From the IMG/VR virus record IMGVR_UViG_3300050821_009780, positions 32,001 through 96,000 of that record: a stretch of DNA of 64,000 bases; one strand, given 5' to 3'. Below the pieces are notes generated by a model, which was given only the letters and a program-made list of their open reading frames with translations, ran no database searches and was not told the origin of the DNA. Position numbers and translations under genes: made by a program. The DNA is from a virus. Positions within the stretch are counted from its first letter, which is position 1. Each line of letters opens with the position of its first letter. Shown piece by piece: positions 27,473 through 36,558 of this stretch.

Positions 27473-27634
27473 CTAGTGCGTCCCCGCTTCCTGCACGACC
27501 CGCTGCTCGAACAGGTTCGCCTTGGACCCGCTGTTGGAGCCGGCCGTGGCATCGGCCGGGGTGTTCGCCGGGGCGGCGACCTTCTTCTCGGAGCCGCCGT
27601 CGTTCGACACGGACGGCGCGTTCTTTACGCTCAT
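27473..27634 (-). CDS. Small Ser/Ala/Gly-rich protein (53 aa)
   Basis: ATG 27634 lies 10 nt after CGAT. Confidence 0.6.
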   Translation of the reverse strand: MSVKNAPSVSNDGGSEKKVAAPANTPADATAGSNSGSKANLFEQRVVQEAGTH

Positions 27635-27806
27635 GCTCCTGAGAATCGGGAGGGACAGGCAGCGGCTCTGCCGTCGTGCACGTAGGCCCTGTACTTCAAG
27701 GGCCACGGCCAGCTGTGCTCCCCGCCCCTCCCTCATCTCCGGAGCCGGGCGCGTCTAGTGCCCCACCAGTAGGGTCCGCGTCTCCCGGCACGCACTCCCT
27801 TATACG

Positions 27807-27840
27807 GCAGAGGCCCCCGGATTGCTCCGGGGGCCTCTGC
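27807..27840 (-). terminator. Stem-loop after the major capsid gene
   Basis: Perfect 15-bp stem GCAGAGGCCCCCGGA/TCCGGGGGCCTCTGC with a 4-nt loop. Confidence 0.75.
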
Positions 27841-27856
27841 TTAGCTTGGCTTGAAC

Positions 27857-29014
27857 CTAGTCGATCAGGCCGCCTGCCCAGTAGGAACTTGAGGCCGCAG
27901 ATCCGTTCGAGACGATGCCAGTCGCGACCAACATCTGTTCCGGGCGGTACACGACCGGGAGCAGATGCCACTCAAGCAAATATTGACGAGCTGACGGGTC
28001 CTTTTCCTTCCAGGTCTTGGCGTACTTGCCCGCGAACCCGGAGGGGGCCTCCTCGTCGGCGGTCGGGCCGATCAGCAATTCCAGGGGGCGCTGGTCGGTG
28101 TAGTTGCCGAGGTAGAGCTGGCCGTCGGGGACGAAGAAGGTGAGGTTCCCGCTGTCGTTCTCGTAGACCTGCTCGACGGTGGTCCAGGTGAGGCCCATGA
28201 AGCCGGACAGGATGCCGGTGGAGAAGTACTCGTCCTTCATCCGGTCGCTGATCATGGTGGCGGGGATGTTGACGGTGGACCCGGCGCCGCCGTGCACCCA
28301 GGCTTCCATGAGGGAGGCCATGGTGACGGAGGTGGCGAAGACCTCGCGGGCGGGGACCCGGCCGTGGATCTGGACGATGCGCTTCCAGGAGCGGACGTCC
28401 TCGATGATCTGGAACGGGCTGGCGTAGGTGACGGTGCCGGTGCCGGCACCCAGGTTGACGTTGGCGCTGCCCAGGTCGGTGGCCGCGCCGGTGCCGGTGT
28501 GGTAGGTCAGGGACGTGTTCTGCACCCAGGGCGCGGCCGGGGTGACGAAGTGCGAGCTGGGGAACTTGAAGTCCACCGTCGCCTGGACATCCGCGTAGTT
28601 GTACGCGATGCCGCCGCCGAGGGCCTGCCAGATGCTCCACTCGGCGAAGTTATCGAACCGCATGTTGAGATCGTTGATCTCCCGCAGCACCGACTTCTCC
28701 GCGTTGAGGCGGGCAATCTCGCCCGGCTCGCGCAGCCACCGCAGGGTGGTCGGCTCGAAGACCTTCTTCTCGCGGAGGTAGATGAACGCCGCGGACTCCT
28801 GGCTCCGGCCCAGGCGGCTGATGATGTGCGCCTCGGAGTTGGGGACGTTCGGCTTGGCGACCATCCGCGAGCCCTTGATCACGTCCCACGTGGCGTAGGG
28901 GTACGGGTGCGGGGTCTGGTCCAGGCGGTTGAGCATCATGAGCGACTCGGGGGTCACCCACTTCTCCACCACGCCCCTCAACACCATGGGCTCTAGTAGT
29001 GATATGTCGGGCAC
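27857..29014 (-). CDS. Major capsid protein
   Basis: 385 aa after protease and decoration genes; lambda gpE-like pattern (EW.IWQAL.G, VDF..P..H, LPV..P); SD AAGGAG. Confidence 0.92.
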   Translation of the reverse strand: MPDISLLEPMVLRGVVEKWVTPESLMMLNRLDQTPHPYPYATWDVIKGSRMVAKPNVPNSEAHIISRLGRSQESAAFIYLREKKVFEPTTLRWLREPGEIARLNAEKSVLREINDLNMRFDNFAEWSIWQALGGGIAYNYADVQATVDFKFPSSHFVTPAAPWVQNTSLTYHTGTGAATDLGSANVNLGAGTGTVTYASPFQIIEDVRSWKRIVQIHGRVPAREVFATSVTMASLMEAWVHGGAGSTVNIPATMISDRMKDEYFSTGILSGFMGLTWTTVEQVYENDSGNLTFFVPDGQLYLGNYTDQRPLELLIGPTADEEAPSGFAGKYAKTWKEKDPSARQYLLEWHLLPVVYRPEQMLVATGIVSNGSAASSSYWAGGLID

Positions 29015-29164
29015 GGAGGTCGCTCCTTACACGTCAAGTGTCCACTTGCTCTTGGACAGCGACGCCCTCGGGAGGACGCCCGGCCTGCGCCGCTCATATC
29101 TCAGAGCCACTTGGCTGGCCTTCGTTGCAACTGTTAATCGGCCTGCATCCCCTGCAGGCATGGA

Positions 29165-29202
29165 TCAGCCCCGGCCGCGAAGCAGGAAGCGGCCGGGGCT
29201 GA
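29165..29202 (-). terminator. Stem-loop after the decoration gene
   Basis: TCAGCCCCGGCCGC-N10-GCGGCCGGGGCTGA. Confidence 0.6.
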
Positions 29203-29214
29203 GCTGCTACCGGA

Positions 29215-29799
29215 TCAGAAGATCCAAGCGTTGACGCCCTGGTTGGCGCCGGTGCCGCCCTTGTCCATGCCGTCCATCGGGCCGCCGGGGAACGCCCCGC
29301 CGGAGACGCCGTTGCCGAACGGGACGATGCGCGGCTTGAGCTGGGTGTACGCCCCGGTCGCGCTGGAGCCGACGCCGCCGCCGGTGCCGGTGACCAGCGA
29401 GGTGGTGTCGGTCCCGGAGATCAGGTTGGCGTTGAGGATGCCGCGGTAGACCAGGTTGGCCTGGCAGTCGGTGGACGACTTGCCTGCCGGGGAGGACGAG
29501 CCGCCGGTGTCGCGGCCATCGCGCAGGATGCCGAGGGCGGTCTGGGTGCCGTCGCTCGCGGCGGCGCTGTAGGCGTAGTACTTGCCGTTCGCCGTCTGCT
29601 GGGCGAGCACGCAGCCGGTCGGCAGCACGCCCTGGCCGCCTGCGAGGGTGACGCCGCGCTGGGAGTACCCTGCCATGGACAGCAGGAGCTCCTGCACTGC
29701 CTCGGCATGGAACTCGTCCCCGAAGGTCGCACCGAACTCGTGGGTCGGCTTGGTGTAGCCGGGGGTGTAGTCAAACTCGAAGCTGTCGTTGGCTGCCAC
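29215..29799 (-). CDS. Head decoration protein (lambda gpD-like)
   Basis: VTLAGGQGVLPTG.VLAQ..GKY..Y...ASDG.Q.A.GIL. Confidence 0.85.
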   Translation of the reverse strand: MAANDSFEFDYTPGYTKPTHEFGATFGDEFHAEAVQELLLSMAGYSQRGVTLAGGQGVLPTGCVLAQQTANGKYYAYSAAASDGTQTALGILRDGRDTGGSSSPAGKSSTDCQANLVYRGILNANLISGTDTTSLVTGTGGGVGSSATGAYTQLKPRIVPFGNGVSGGAFPGGPMDGMDKGGTGANQGVNAWIF

Positions 29800-29829
29800 G
29801 GTGTCTCCTCAGCGCCTGTCCGGTTCCGG

Positions 29830-30918
29830 TTACTTCCGCAGCTTGCTGTGGCCGCCGAGGCTGGCGGCCATCTCGCCGAGACGGGTCGTCTCGGAGTCAA
29901 CGTCGAACTCGTGCTTCGCCGCGCCGTCGCCGTCGCCGGTGATGCCGGCGGTCTCGGACATGCGGATGAAGGGGGCGTCCTCGGGGGCGAGCAGCTCGTC
30001 CAGCCCGTCCTGTCCCTCGGAGAGGTACACGTTCACGCCGCGCTTGAACGTCTTGGCCAGCAGCCGGCCGCCGTCCACGTAGGACTGCACGGTGCGCTCG
30101 GCATCCTTGCGGTTCAGCGTCTGGACCGACAGCTCCAGCGTCTCGTTCTTGCGCGCCAGCTCCACGATCGCGCCGACCACGTCGGACTGCTCCAGCGAGT
30201 CGCCGGACAGGGCGACGGCACCGGAGCCGCGGAGGGCGTCGGTGATCGCGGCGGTGAGGGACGCGGTGTCCGTCTGGGCGGTAGCGGCAGCCTGAAGCGC
30301 CTCCACGTCAATGCCGTGGTCGGCCTTGAGGGCCGCAATCAGCTCTTCCCTGGTCGGCACTGGGTCCTCCGTAGATAGCACGACAGGTTCATCAAAGTCC
30401 ATATCGGCGGAGTCCACGGTGGCGGCCACGATTTCCTGGTAGGGTTCCAGGTCCAGCACGTGCGGGCGGTTGGTGAAGCAGTGGTGCAGCAGGGCGGGGC
30501 CGACCTTCTGGCCGGTGCGGCTGTCCTCGTAATCCATGGACAGCATGGCGCTCGCGCCCATGATGGTCTTGTTGCGCAGGCCCTCGGCGACCTGGGGGTT
30601 GCGCACGTCCAGGACGGTGTAGACCTTGTTGCCCTCGCGCTCCAGGCGCACCACCTCGCCGCCGTTGCGCAGCGGATCTTCGGTGTGAGAGTTCTTGGCA
30701 TCGGCAACCGGGGCCTGCACCATAGAAACACGGTTGTCGAAGTTCCGCTTCATCCCGTCCCAGAACTTCTCGTCAAGGTTATAGACCTTACCGTGGAAGT
30801 TCAGTGGGCCGAGATTGAGGATGTGCTTGCGGAACAGTGCCCCAGACGCACCCTGACGGCCCAGCTCGACATAAGACTCAGTGCCTGCGCCGGCAGGGAT
30901 GATAACAAGGTCACTCAT
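29830..30918 (-). CDS. Capsid maturation protease/scaffold
   Basis: Mu gpI-like: H in KNSHTEDP, S in GASA, TNRPH..L; acidic helical C-terminus; start re-called at ATG 30918. Confidence 0.85.
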   Translation of the reverse strand: MSDLVIIPAGAGTESYVELGRQGASGALFRKHILNLGPLNFHGKVYNLDEKFWDGMKRNFDNRVSMVQAPVADAKNSHTEDPLRNGGEVVRLEREGNKVYTVLDVRNPQVAEGLRNKTIMGASAMLSMDYEDSRTGQKVGPALLHHCFTNRPHVLDLEPYQEIVAATVDSADMDFDEPVVLSTEDPVPTREELIAALKADHGIDVEALQAAATAQTDTASLTAAITDALRGSGAVALSGDSLEQSDVVGAIVELARKNETLELSVQTLNRKDAERTVQSYVDGGRLLAKTFKRGVNVYLSEGQDGLDELLAPEDAPFIRMSETAGITGDGDGAAKHEFDVDSETTRLGEMAASLGGHSKLRK

Positions 30919-31582
30919 GCACCTGACTATCGGGGACTGCCTGAAGCCTCCGACGCAGCTCACTGTTCTCGGCGGTAAGCTGGCGCACCTGCGCTTCCAG
31001 AGCAGCGATTGTCCGCCTGCTCAACAACTGCTCCGATGCAGTCGCCCACTGCATATTACCCGGCTCATATCCCCGATCATTGTTGACGCGATCAAGCGAC
31101 TGCCCCTGCGGTCGCGGCCCTAGCTCTGCCTCGATGTCGCGGACAAACACCGCCACGTCATGCCACTGCGGAGCCACGCTTATCCCACGTGCACCATAGT
31201 TCCTGTAGGCATCCGCAGAAGGGTTGTAGCAGCGGGACATCATCTTCCGCCAAGCACCATAAAGCGGATGCCTGCTCAAGCCATGGGTGGTATTCGACAG
31301 CCTTAGCCTGTCCAAACTCTCCGCAGTCTGACCTCTGGCGCGCTGAACATCCACCCGCCAGCATCCGCAGGACTTACTAAGTCCTGCGACCAAAGCGGAT
31401 ACGCGTGTAACTAGAACCGCTCCACAGTCACAAACACACTCGGCGTACCGCTGCCCGTTACTGCTCCACCTTGCAGCAGGATCTACTACCTCAAGTCGCT
31501 CGAACCTATCACCTACACGCACCTGAGTTATCCGAGCATTCTTATGCCTGCCGCACTCGCAGCCTGGGTTACACCTCGCCAT
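30911..31582 (-). CDS. HNH homing endonuclease
   Basis: SCGC..HG..W..M..RC..YG.RGI.V..SLDRVNND.GYEPGN..WAT..EQ; lower GC. Confidence 0.92.
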   Translation of the reverse strand: MARCNPGCECGRHKNARITQVRVGDRFERLEVVDPAARWSSNGQRYAECVCDCGAVLVTRVSALVAGLSKSCGCWRVDVQRARGQTAESLDRLRLSNTTHGLSRHPLYGAWRKMMSRCYNPSADAYRNYGARGISVAPQWHDVAVFVRDIEAELGPRPQGQSLDRVNNDRGYEPGNMQWATASEQLLSRRTIAALEAQVRQLTAENSELRRRLQAVPDSQVHE

Positions 31583-31609
31583 GATTACAGATTACACCTC
31601 GCCATGATT
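31569..31609. repeat. 18-bp direct repeat at the HNH start
   Basis: TTACACCTCGCCATGATT at 31569-31586 and 31592-31609. Confidence 0.9.
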
Positions 31610-31611
31610 GC

Positions 31612-31653
31612 ACAAGAAGAAGGGCTGCCCCGTTGCGCGGGGACAGCCCTTCT
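31612..31653 (-). terminator. Intrinsic terminator
   Basis: AGAAGGGCTG(T)CCCCG stem followed by TCTTGT on the minus strand. Confidence 0.7.
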
Positions 31654-31687
31654 CTCGCAGCGGTAGCGCCCGCCCGTACGCCTTGCG

Positions 31688-31957
31688 CTACCGCACGCTG
31701 AAGGTCGTCGGCCCCTCGCCGAGGGGGACGTTGTGCTTGATGTAGTGGTTACCGGTGAAGCTGAACACCATGAGGTGCACGGTGCCCGGCTCGGGCCGGG
31801 AGGTCCCGGACTGCGCATCGTACATGTCGCCGATGGTCTCGGGCGTGGCCACGATGAAGGCGGCCTTGCGCCGGCCGTCGCGGTCGCGGTACTCGACGCC
31901 GGTGCTGAGGGCCAGTCCGCTGACCAGGGCGCTCGTGGCTTCGGTTGTCTCACTCAT
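31688..31957 (-). CDS. Hypothetical protein with its own promoter and terminator
   Basis: SD GGGGAG; V.YRD.DG..KAA.IV.TP. Confidence 0.75.
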   Translation of the reverse strand: MSETTEATSALVSGLALSTGVEYRDRDGRRKAAFIVATPETIGDMYDAQSGTSRPEPGTVHLMVFSFTGNHYIKHNVPLGEGPTTFSVR

Positions 31958-32009
31958 GGGCTGCTTCTCCCCTTTTTCCTGTTCCGGAGCCTTCCCCCGG
32001 ACGTCTCTG

Positions 32010-32039
32010 ATTTTACTCGCTGACTTGGCTTGAGTCAAG
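32010..32039 (-). promoter_or_regulatory. Sigma70-type promoter with overlapping palindromic operator
   Basis: TTGACT-N17-TAAAAT; CTTGACTCAAGCCAAG. Confidence 0.85.
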
Positions 32040-32300
32040 TCTCGGCAGTGTGCGCAGATCCTCTGCCTTGACTGCATCAAACTCTTCGGCTGTCCGCATT
32101 GCTTCCTGGCGGCTGCGCCTCGGCGTCGCGTACACGGTGCGCGGCTCCTGGAACTCGACCACCTTGACGACGACCGGGTGCTTCGTCTTGACCACCTGGC
32201 CGACCAGCAGGCAGGCGGTGTACGGGTCGGGGGCCGCCTGCTCGCGCACGGCCGGGGTGGTGGTCAGCTCCCCCTGGTAGGTGACCTGGTACCTAGGCAC
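32013..32300 (-). CDS. Hypothetical protein
   Basis: GTG after GGAGG. Confidence 0.6.
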   Translation of the reverse strand: MPRYQVTYQGELTTTPAVREQAAPDPYTACLLVGQVVKTKHPVVVKVVEFQEPRTVYATPRRSRQEAMRTAEEFDAVKAEDLRTLPRLDSSQVSE

Positions 32301-32562
32301 GCGGGGCCTCCCATCCCCCCAGGCGCTTGTCGCGCTGGCCCATGCTCTCGGCCTGCCACAGCCAGCGGTCGCCGGCGGAGCTGGCGACCCGGAAGAGACG
32401 GCGGCCGATGTCCGCCTTCGTGATGTATCCCAGGAACGCGAACACCGGGATGACCTCGGCCGTGGTCTCGATGCGGGTCTTGCCCACGTCATCCGGCTGC
32501 ACCGTGTAGAACACCCGGCCAGGGTCGGGCGGCGGGCCGGCCGGCTTGAACACCTCACGCAC
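32293..32562 (-). CDS. Hypothetical protein
   Basis: GTG after GGAGG; DVGK..DIGRR repeat. Confidence 0.65.
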   Translation of the reverse strand: MREVFKPAGPPPDPGRVFYTVQPDDVGKTRIETTAEVIPVFAFLGYITKADIGRRLFRVASSAGDRWLWQAESMGQRDKRLGGWEAPRA

Positions 32563-32902
32563 GGTCTGCCTCCTCCAGCACCGTGAACGACGCGCGGCGC
32601 ACGAAGTAAACGGCCTGGTCGCGGTTGCCGAACTTGAACTCCACGCCGACGGGCCACAGCTCGTAGGCAATGCCGTCCGGCCAGTGCTCCGCGATGGCCT
32701 CCTCGGGCAGGTCGTGCCGGGTACTCAGGTCGCTGTACCCGATGACCTCGTACTCGCCGCGCAGGTGCCGCACGCTGCCGTGGTAGCGGACCCTGGTGCC
32801 GACCGGCACCTTCGCGGCCTCGCCAGCCTGGCAGGCACAGGAACCCGGAGCGTGCGGGCACACCCGCCCGGTCGCGTCGTAGCGGACCCCTGACTCGCTC
32901 AT
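32555..32902 (-). CDS. Hypothetical protein
   Basis: ATGA overlap with the upstream gene. Confidence 0.65.
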   Translation of the reverse strand: MSESGVRYDATGRVCPHAPGSCACQAGEAAKVPVGTRVRYHGSVRHLRGEYEVIGYSDLSTRHDLPEEAIAEHWPDGIAYELWPVGVEFKFGNRDQAVYFVRRASFTVLEEADRA

Positions 32903-33324
32903 CTCTTCACCGGCTTCCCCCGGGCGCTGCGCACCCTGGCAATCTTCTCGATGGCACCGCACGCCGCGTCGGACGGGTACTCAAGCTCCGCCTGCCCGTG
33001 GTCGGCGGCCTCGGCCCCGGAGGAGAACAGCGGCACCGGGGCCTCGTAGTCCAGTACCGAGGCGTCCAGCTCGTGCAGGTGCAGCCGGACCGCGAGCAGG
33101 TCGTCCGACAGGCTGCGGTGCCCGGCCCAGCCGGCGCACAGCTGCCCGTCCGCCTGGTGGCACATGAACAGCATGTGCCCCCCGGCGCGCATCTGATCCA
33201 GGATGTCGCCATCGTAAGCGCGCAGCTTCTCGTACTCCTCGTGCGACCAGACGCCGGACGGCACGTCCCGGCGGTACGGGCAGAACGCACACGGCTTCGG
33301 CCGCACCTCGGTCTTCTCTGTCAT
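32899..33324 (-). CDS. DUF6283-like Cys-rich protein
   Basis: PCAFCPYRRDVPSGVW..EY.KL..YD..F.CH..LCAGW. Confidence 0.75.
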   Translation of the reverse strand: MTEKTEVRPKPCAFCPYRRDVPSGVWSHEEYEKLRAYDGDILDQMRAGGHMLFMCHQADGQLCAGWAGHRSLSDDLLAVRLHLHELDASVLDYEAPVPLFSSGAEAADHGQAELEYPSDAACGAIEKIARVRSARGKPVKR

Positions 33325-33497
33325 GACCAGCTCCCCTGGCACCGTTCCTCTTCGCTGCCCTCGTGGTAGGCGAGGGACCGTACCTCGTGCAGTATTTCCC
33401 GGATCTCCCTGCGGCGCTCGGCCTCGTCCGGGATGCACTCCGCGACCATGACCCGGGCCAGCGCCTCGTCCACGGTCAGGCCGTAGCGGCTAGGCAC
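33321..33497 (-). CDS. Hypothetical protein
   Basis: Overlap-coupled small ORF. Confidence 0.5.
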   Translation of the reverse strand: MPSRYGLTVDEALARVMVAECIPDEAERRREIREILHEVRSLAYHEGSEEERCQGSWS

Positions 33498-33636
33498 CGC
33501 GCTGCCCGGAGCCGCCGCACTGCCGTCCGGCGCTGACCCCGTCCTTGACCTGGTGCTTGCGGAGCTTGCCATCCTTGGTCAGCGCCTGCGTGCGCCCGCA
33601 GTACGGGCACTTGGCGCGCGGCAGCTTATGCGCCAT
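33490..33636 (-). CDS. Small zinc-finger-like peptide (48 aa, not in ORF track)
   Basis: CPYCGR..L.KDG.LRKH..C.GSG. Confidence 0.65.
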   Translation of the reverse strand: MAHKLPRAKCPYCGRTQALTKDGKLRKHQVKDGVSAGRQCGGSGQRGA

Positions 33637-33838
33637 GGCTCCCTGCCTCCCCGAGCGCCCTGCGCCCGGCTTCCGTCAGCTGGTAGCGGTAACTAGTCTG
33701 GTCAGCCGGCTCAACCAGGCCCTTTTCTGCCAGTCTCCAGACCTGCGGCACGATGCTCGCCGCGTCCCAGATGTACGGCCCCTGCTCGTAGCTGCGCAGC
33801 AGCTCCAGCTCGCCCTTGGTCAGCTCCACGGCACTCAC
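33626..33838 (-). CDS. Small winged-helix-like protein
   Basis: L..KGLV..YQLTEAGRRAL. Confidence 0.6.
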   Translation of the reverse strand: MSAVELTKGELELLRSYEQGPYIWDAASIVPQVWRLAEKGLVEPADQTSYRYQLTEAGRRALGEAGSHGA

Positions 33839-34341
33839 CACCCGGCCTTTTCCAGCAGTGTCAGCCACATGCCGAGCGAGACCCGGTGCCTGTCGTCCAT
33901 GACGACCTCCGCCTTGACCCACAGGCGGTCGCGGACATCCTGCCACGTCTGCTCGGCGGCCTCGTCAAGCTGCTTGCGGACTGCTGCCGCAGCAACCTCG
34001 GTATCCCACTTCGCTGGGCTGTACCAGAGCACCGCAGCGGAGAACCGCCTGGCCCCGTCGGGGGCGCACTCGCCCTTGCCAGCCTTGCGAAGGGCACCCT
34101 CCTGCGTCAGCAGACGGAGCACCCGCCCGACCCTGGCCTGGAAAGCCTTCTGCCGATCCGCTCCCTCCCACCGCCAGCCCGGCTTGACGCCGAGGCTCTC
34201 GTCGCTGTACACGTCGGCACCCAGCTCCTTGGCCACCGCGACGGCGGTCTCCCAGGTGCCCTCGGTCCGGCCCTTGGCCAGGACGTACTTCAGTGCCTCC
34301 GCCTTCAGCTGCTCGACGGTCAGATCCCTGAGCTTGTTCAT
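33835..34341 (-). CDS. Hypothetical protein
   Basis: SD GGGAG; 168 aa. Confidence 0.7.
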   Translation of the reverse strand: MNKLRDLTVEQLKAEALKYVLAKGRTEGTWETAVAVAKELGADVYSDESLGVKPGWRWEGADRQKAFQARVGRVLRLLTQEGALRKAGKGECAPDGARRFSAAVLWYSPAKWDTEVAAAAVRKQLDEAAEQTWQDVRDRLWVKAEVVMDDRHRVSLGMWLTLLEKAGW

Positions 34342-34348
34342 GTCTCCC

Positions 34349-34603
34349 TCAGCACTCCATTAGCCAGTGACGGCGCGTCTCCGGAAGCCTGTCGCACGGA
34401 CCGGGCTGCGGCTCGCCGGTGGCGAACACCGGGTCGCTGCTGCACTGCCATTCCGACGAGATCCCGGTGGGGGAGACGGCGTTGACCGCCGCCTCCACCG
34501 CATCCGCGTCCATGTCCGCCGAGGCGCAGACGCTGCAGACGACCAGCCCTGTCGCGTAGACCACGACCTCGCGCTCGCCTGCGTCGGCAACCTCCCTGCT
34601 CAT
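34349..34603 (-). CDS. Hypothetical Cys-containing protein
   Basis: CSVC..PTGISS.W..P.PC....RH.L..C. Confidence 0.7.
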   Translation of the reverse strand: MSREVADAGEREVVVYATGLVVCSVCASADMDADAVEAAVNAVSPTGISSEWQCSSDPVFATGEPQPGPCDRLPETRRHWLMEC

Positions 34604-35418
34604 ACTGTTGCCTCCACGTCCGCCCAGTGCAGCGACAGCTCGTTGCCGAGCGCGCTGAGCTTCTGCCGGGTGCCGCACATGGGGCACACGCCCGTCTCCT
34701 GGTACCCGTTGTCCGGGACGGACAGCTCGGTGCTGCCCTCGACGGGGGCTACCCACGAACCCTCGCAGGCCCCGGTGCCGTCCAGGTAGCTGCCGGGAGC
34801 GGGCTGCGCGGCAGGCGACTTCTTCGGCTGCTGCTTGGCGGACGCCTGCTTGCGCGGCTTGCGGGCGCGCTGCTTCTTCGGGTAGCCGGGCGGGAAGACC
34901 TTCTCCGGCCCTGCCTCGGGGTAGGGGGACGGGTTGGGCACGCCGCAGTCCTTGCACTTCCTGCTCTTCTCCGGCCACCAGTGGCCCCACCGGCGGCACG
35001 CCTCGATGCCGGTCGGCCAGACGCTGCCGTACTTGCTGTCGTAGAGGCTGGTCCCGTCGCCGGCGGCGAGGAGGTCGTCCCACACCTTGTGGTAGGCGGT
35101 CACCAGGCCGCTGCGCAGCACCGGGTCCTTCAGGCCGTGCTGCTCGCTGGCCGCAGCGTTCTTGAAGTTGGTGTAATCGAGGCCCAGCACGATGCGCGCC
35201 ATGGCCCGGGCCACATCCTCGGGGCGGGCGTACGCCCGCCAGCTGTAGTCCGCCTTGCCATCCGCGAACATGTTCTCGCCCAGCTCGGGGCAGTAAACCC
35301 GGAAGCTGTCCAGCCACTCGACCCGGCGGGCACGCACCTGCAGGGTCCTGTCGTCGTTCTCATCAACCTTGGTGCGCTGGACGATGCTCAGCGCCCCGTC
35401 CGGAAGCATTACCCACAT
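34600..35418 (-). CDS. Hypothetical phage protein with C-terminal Zn motifs
   Basis: MW..G.LSIV..VRAR..ADY.WR..DY.NFK; SD AAGGAG. Confidence 0.8.
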   Translation of the reverse strand: MWVMLPDGALSIVQRTKVDENDDRTLQVRARRVEWLDSFRVYCPELGENMFADGKADYSWRAYARPEDVARAMARIVLGLDYTNFKNAAASEQHGLKDPVLRSGLVTAYHKVWDDLLAAGDGTSLYDSKYGSVWPTGIEACRRWGHWWPEKSRKCKDCGVPNPSPYPEAGPEKVFPPGYPKKQRARKPRKQASAKQQPKKSPAAQPAPGSYLDGTGACEGSWVAPVEGSTELSVPDNGYQETGVCPMCGTRQKLSALGNELSLHWADVEATV

Positions 35419-35456
35419 AACCTGGCTCCTTCGCTCCGCCTTCCCGGCGGTGCCTA

Positions 35457-35502
35457 CTTGGCTTATACCAAGAGTATAGGACTAGACTTGGCTCAAGTCA
35501 AG
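35457..35502 (-). promoter_or_regulatory. Sigma70-type promoter with two palindromic operators
   Basis: TTGACT-N17-TATACT; operators at 35487-35502 and 35457-35472. Confidence 0.85.
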
Positions 35503-35823
35503 TCCTAGCTCCTGCTGGAGCACGAACACGGCCACATCGTGCTTCCACGCCTTGTACACGACAGTGCCGCAGCGGTCAGGCGGGAAGGGGTACTTGTCCA
35601 GCGCGGCCTGGACGACCCACCGGAACGCCTGAGCTGTGTCGGACAGGCCGATAGCCTCGGCGGCCTGGCAGAACGCCGTCAACTTCGCCTCGACCACGGC
35701 ATATGCCTTCAGGTTCGTGTTGTAGGAAAAGCTGCGTCGGTCGCGCTCAGCACCGGCAGCTCTGGCTATCAAGGTAGCCAGCTCTTCAAGTCCCACCGTC
35801 AAGGCAGGAGTTTCTTTGCTCAT
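35482..35823 (-). CDS. Hypothetical protein, probably leaderless
   Basis: ATG 35823 is 7 nt after the -10 TAATCT; lower GC. Confidence 0.65.
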   Translation of the reverse strand: MSKETPALTVGLEELATLIARAAGAERDRRSFSYNTNLKAYAVVEAKLTAFCQAAEAIGLSDTAQAFRWVVQAALDKYPFPPDRCGTVVYKAWKHDVAVFVLQQELGLDLSQV

Positions 35824-35830
35824 GCCAAGA

Positions 35831-35860
35831 AGATTACTTATCCGCTTGGCTTGAGTCAAG
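35831..35860 (-). promoter_or_regulatory. Sigma70-type promoter with palindromic operator
   Basis: TTGACT-N17-TAATCT; CTTGACTCAAGCCAAG. Confidence 0.85.
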
Positions 35861-36148
35861 TCCGTGGCTGACGGCCTTCTCCCTTACGTGCCAGAGAGCG
35901 GCGTGCGCGTCGTACCCGTCCGGGACGTCCTCAACGGTCCACCGGCCGTTGTACGGCAGCCGCTCCGCCAGGCGCCCGCCGTGCTGCGGCCAGGTCGGCT
36001 GGCTGCCCTTATCCAGCAGCTGACCCTCCACTCCCGGCGGCACTCCCTGCGGGATACGAGCCATATCAGGCCACTGACCTGCCTTCAGCGGCAGCGTCGC
36101 GGCGAACGCCGGACCATGGTACGGGCTGTGCCAGACGGCGACCTTCAC
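35834..36148 (-). CDS. Hypothetical protein
   Basis: GTG after GAGGAGG; GTGA overlap. Confidence 0.65.
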   Translation of the reverse strand: MKVAVWHSPYHGPAFAATLPLKAGQWPDMARIPQGVPPGVEGQLLDKGSQPTWPQHGGRLAERLPYNGRWTVEDVPDGYDAHAALWHVREKAVSHGLDSSQADK

Positions 36149-36558
36149 CCGTCCTCCTCGTCGCCGCGGAAGACCCGGCCCTCGGCGGACAACCGCAGCG
36201 ACTCCTGCCGATCCTTCGCCAGCGCCTTCGCCTGGGCGGGGGAGACGTTGCCGCTGCACACCATATCCATGTACCGGTGCGCCGGGGTCTCCCCGCCCAG
36301 GTCCAGGGTCAGCTTCAGCAGCGCGCAGGGCTGCTCCTGCACCAGCGCGCAGGCGGTGACCGCGCCGGAGAAGCTGCGGCCCTCGGAGGGGCTGTCGAAG
36401 AACACCACCGGGTCGATGCCGCGCAGCCGGACGACCTCCGGCCGGGGCACCGGGAGCGTGTGGGCCTGCGGGCTGTCGGCGGACGTGACGATGCAGCCGT
36501 GCGGGAACAGGCGGTCGAACATCGCCTGGTACTTGCGGGCCTGCTCGGGAGGTTCCAT
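36145..36558 (-). CDS. Hypothetical protein
   Basis: TGATG-coupled to the giant gene. Confidence 0.7.
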   Translation of the reverse strand: MEPPEQARKYQAMFDRLFPHGCIVTSADSPQAHTLPVPRPEVVRLRGIDPVVFFDSPSEGRSFSGAVTACALVQEQPCALLKLTLDLGGETPAHRYMDMVCSGNVSPAQAKALAKDRQESLRLSAEGRVFRGDEEDG

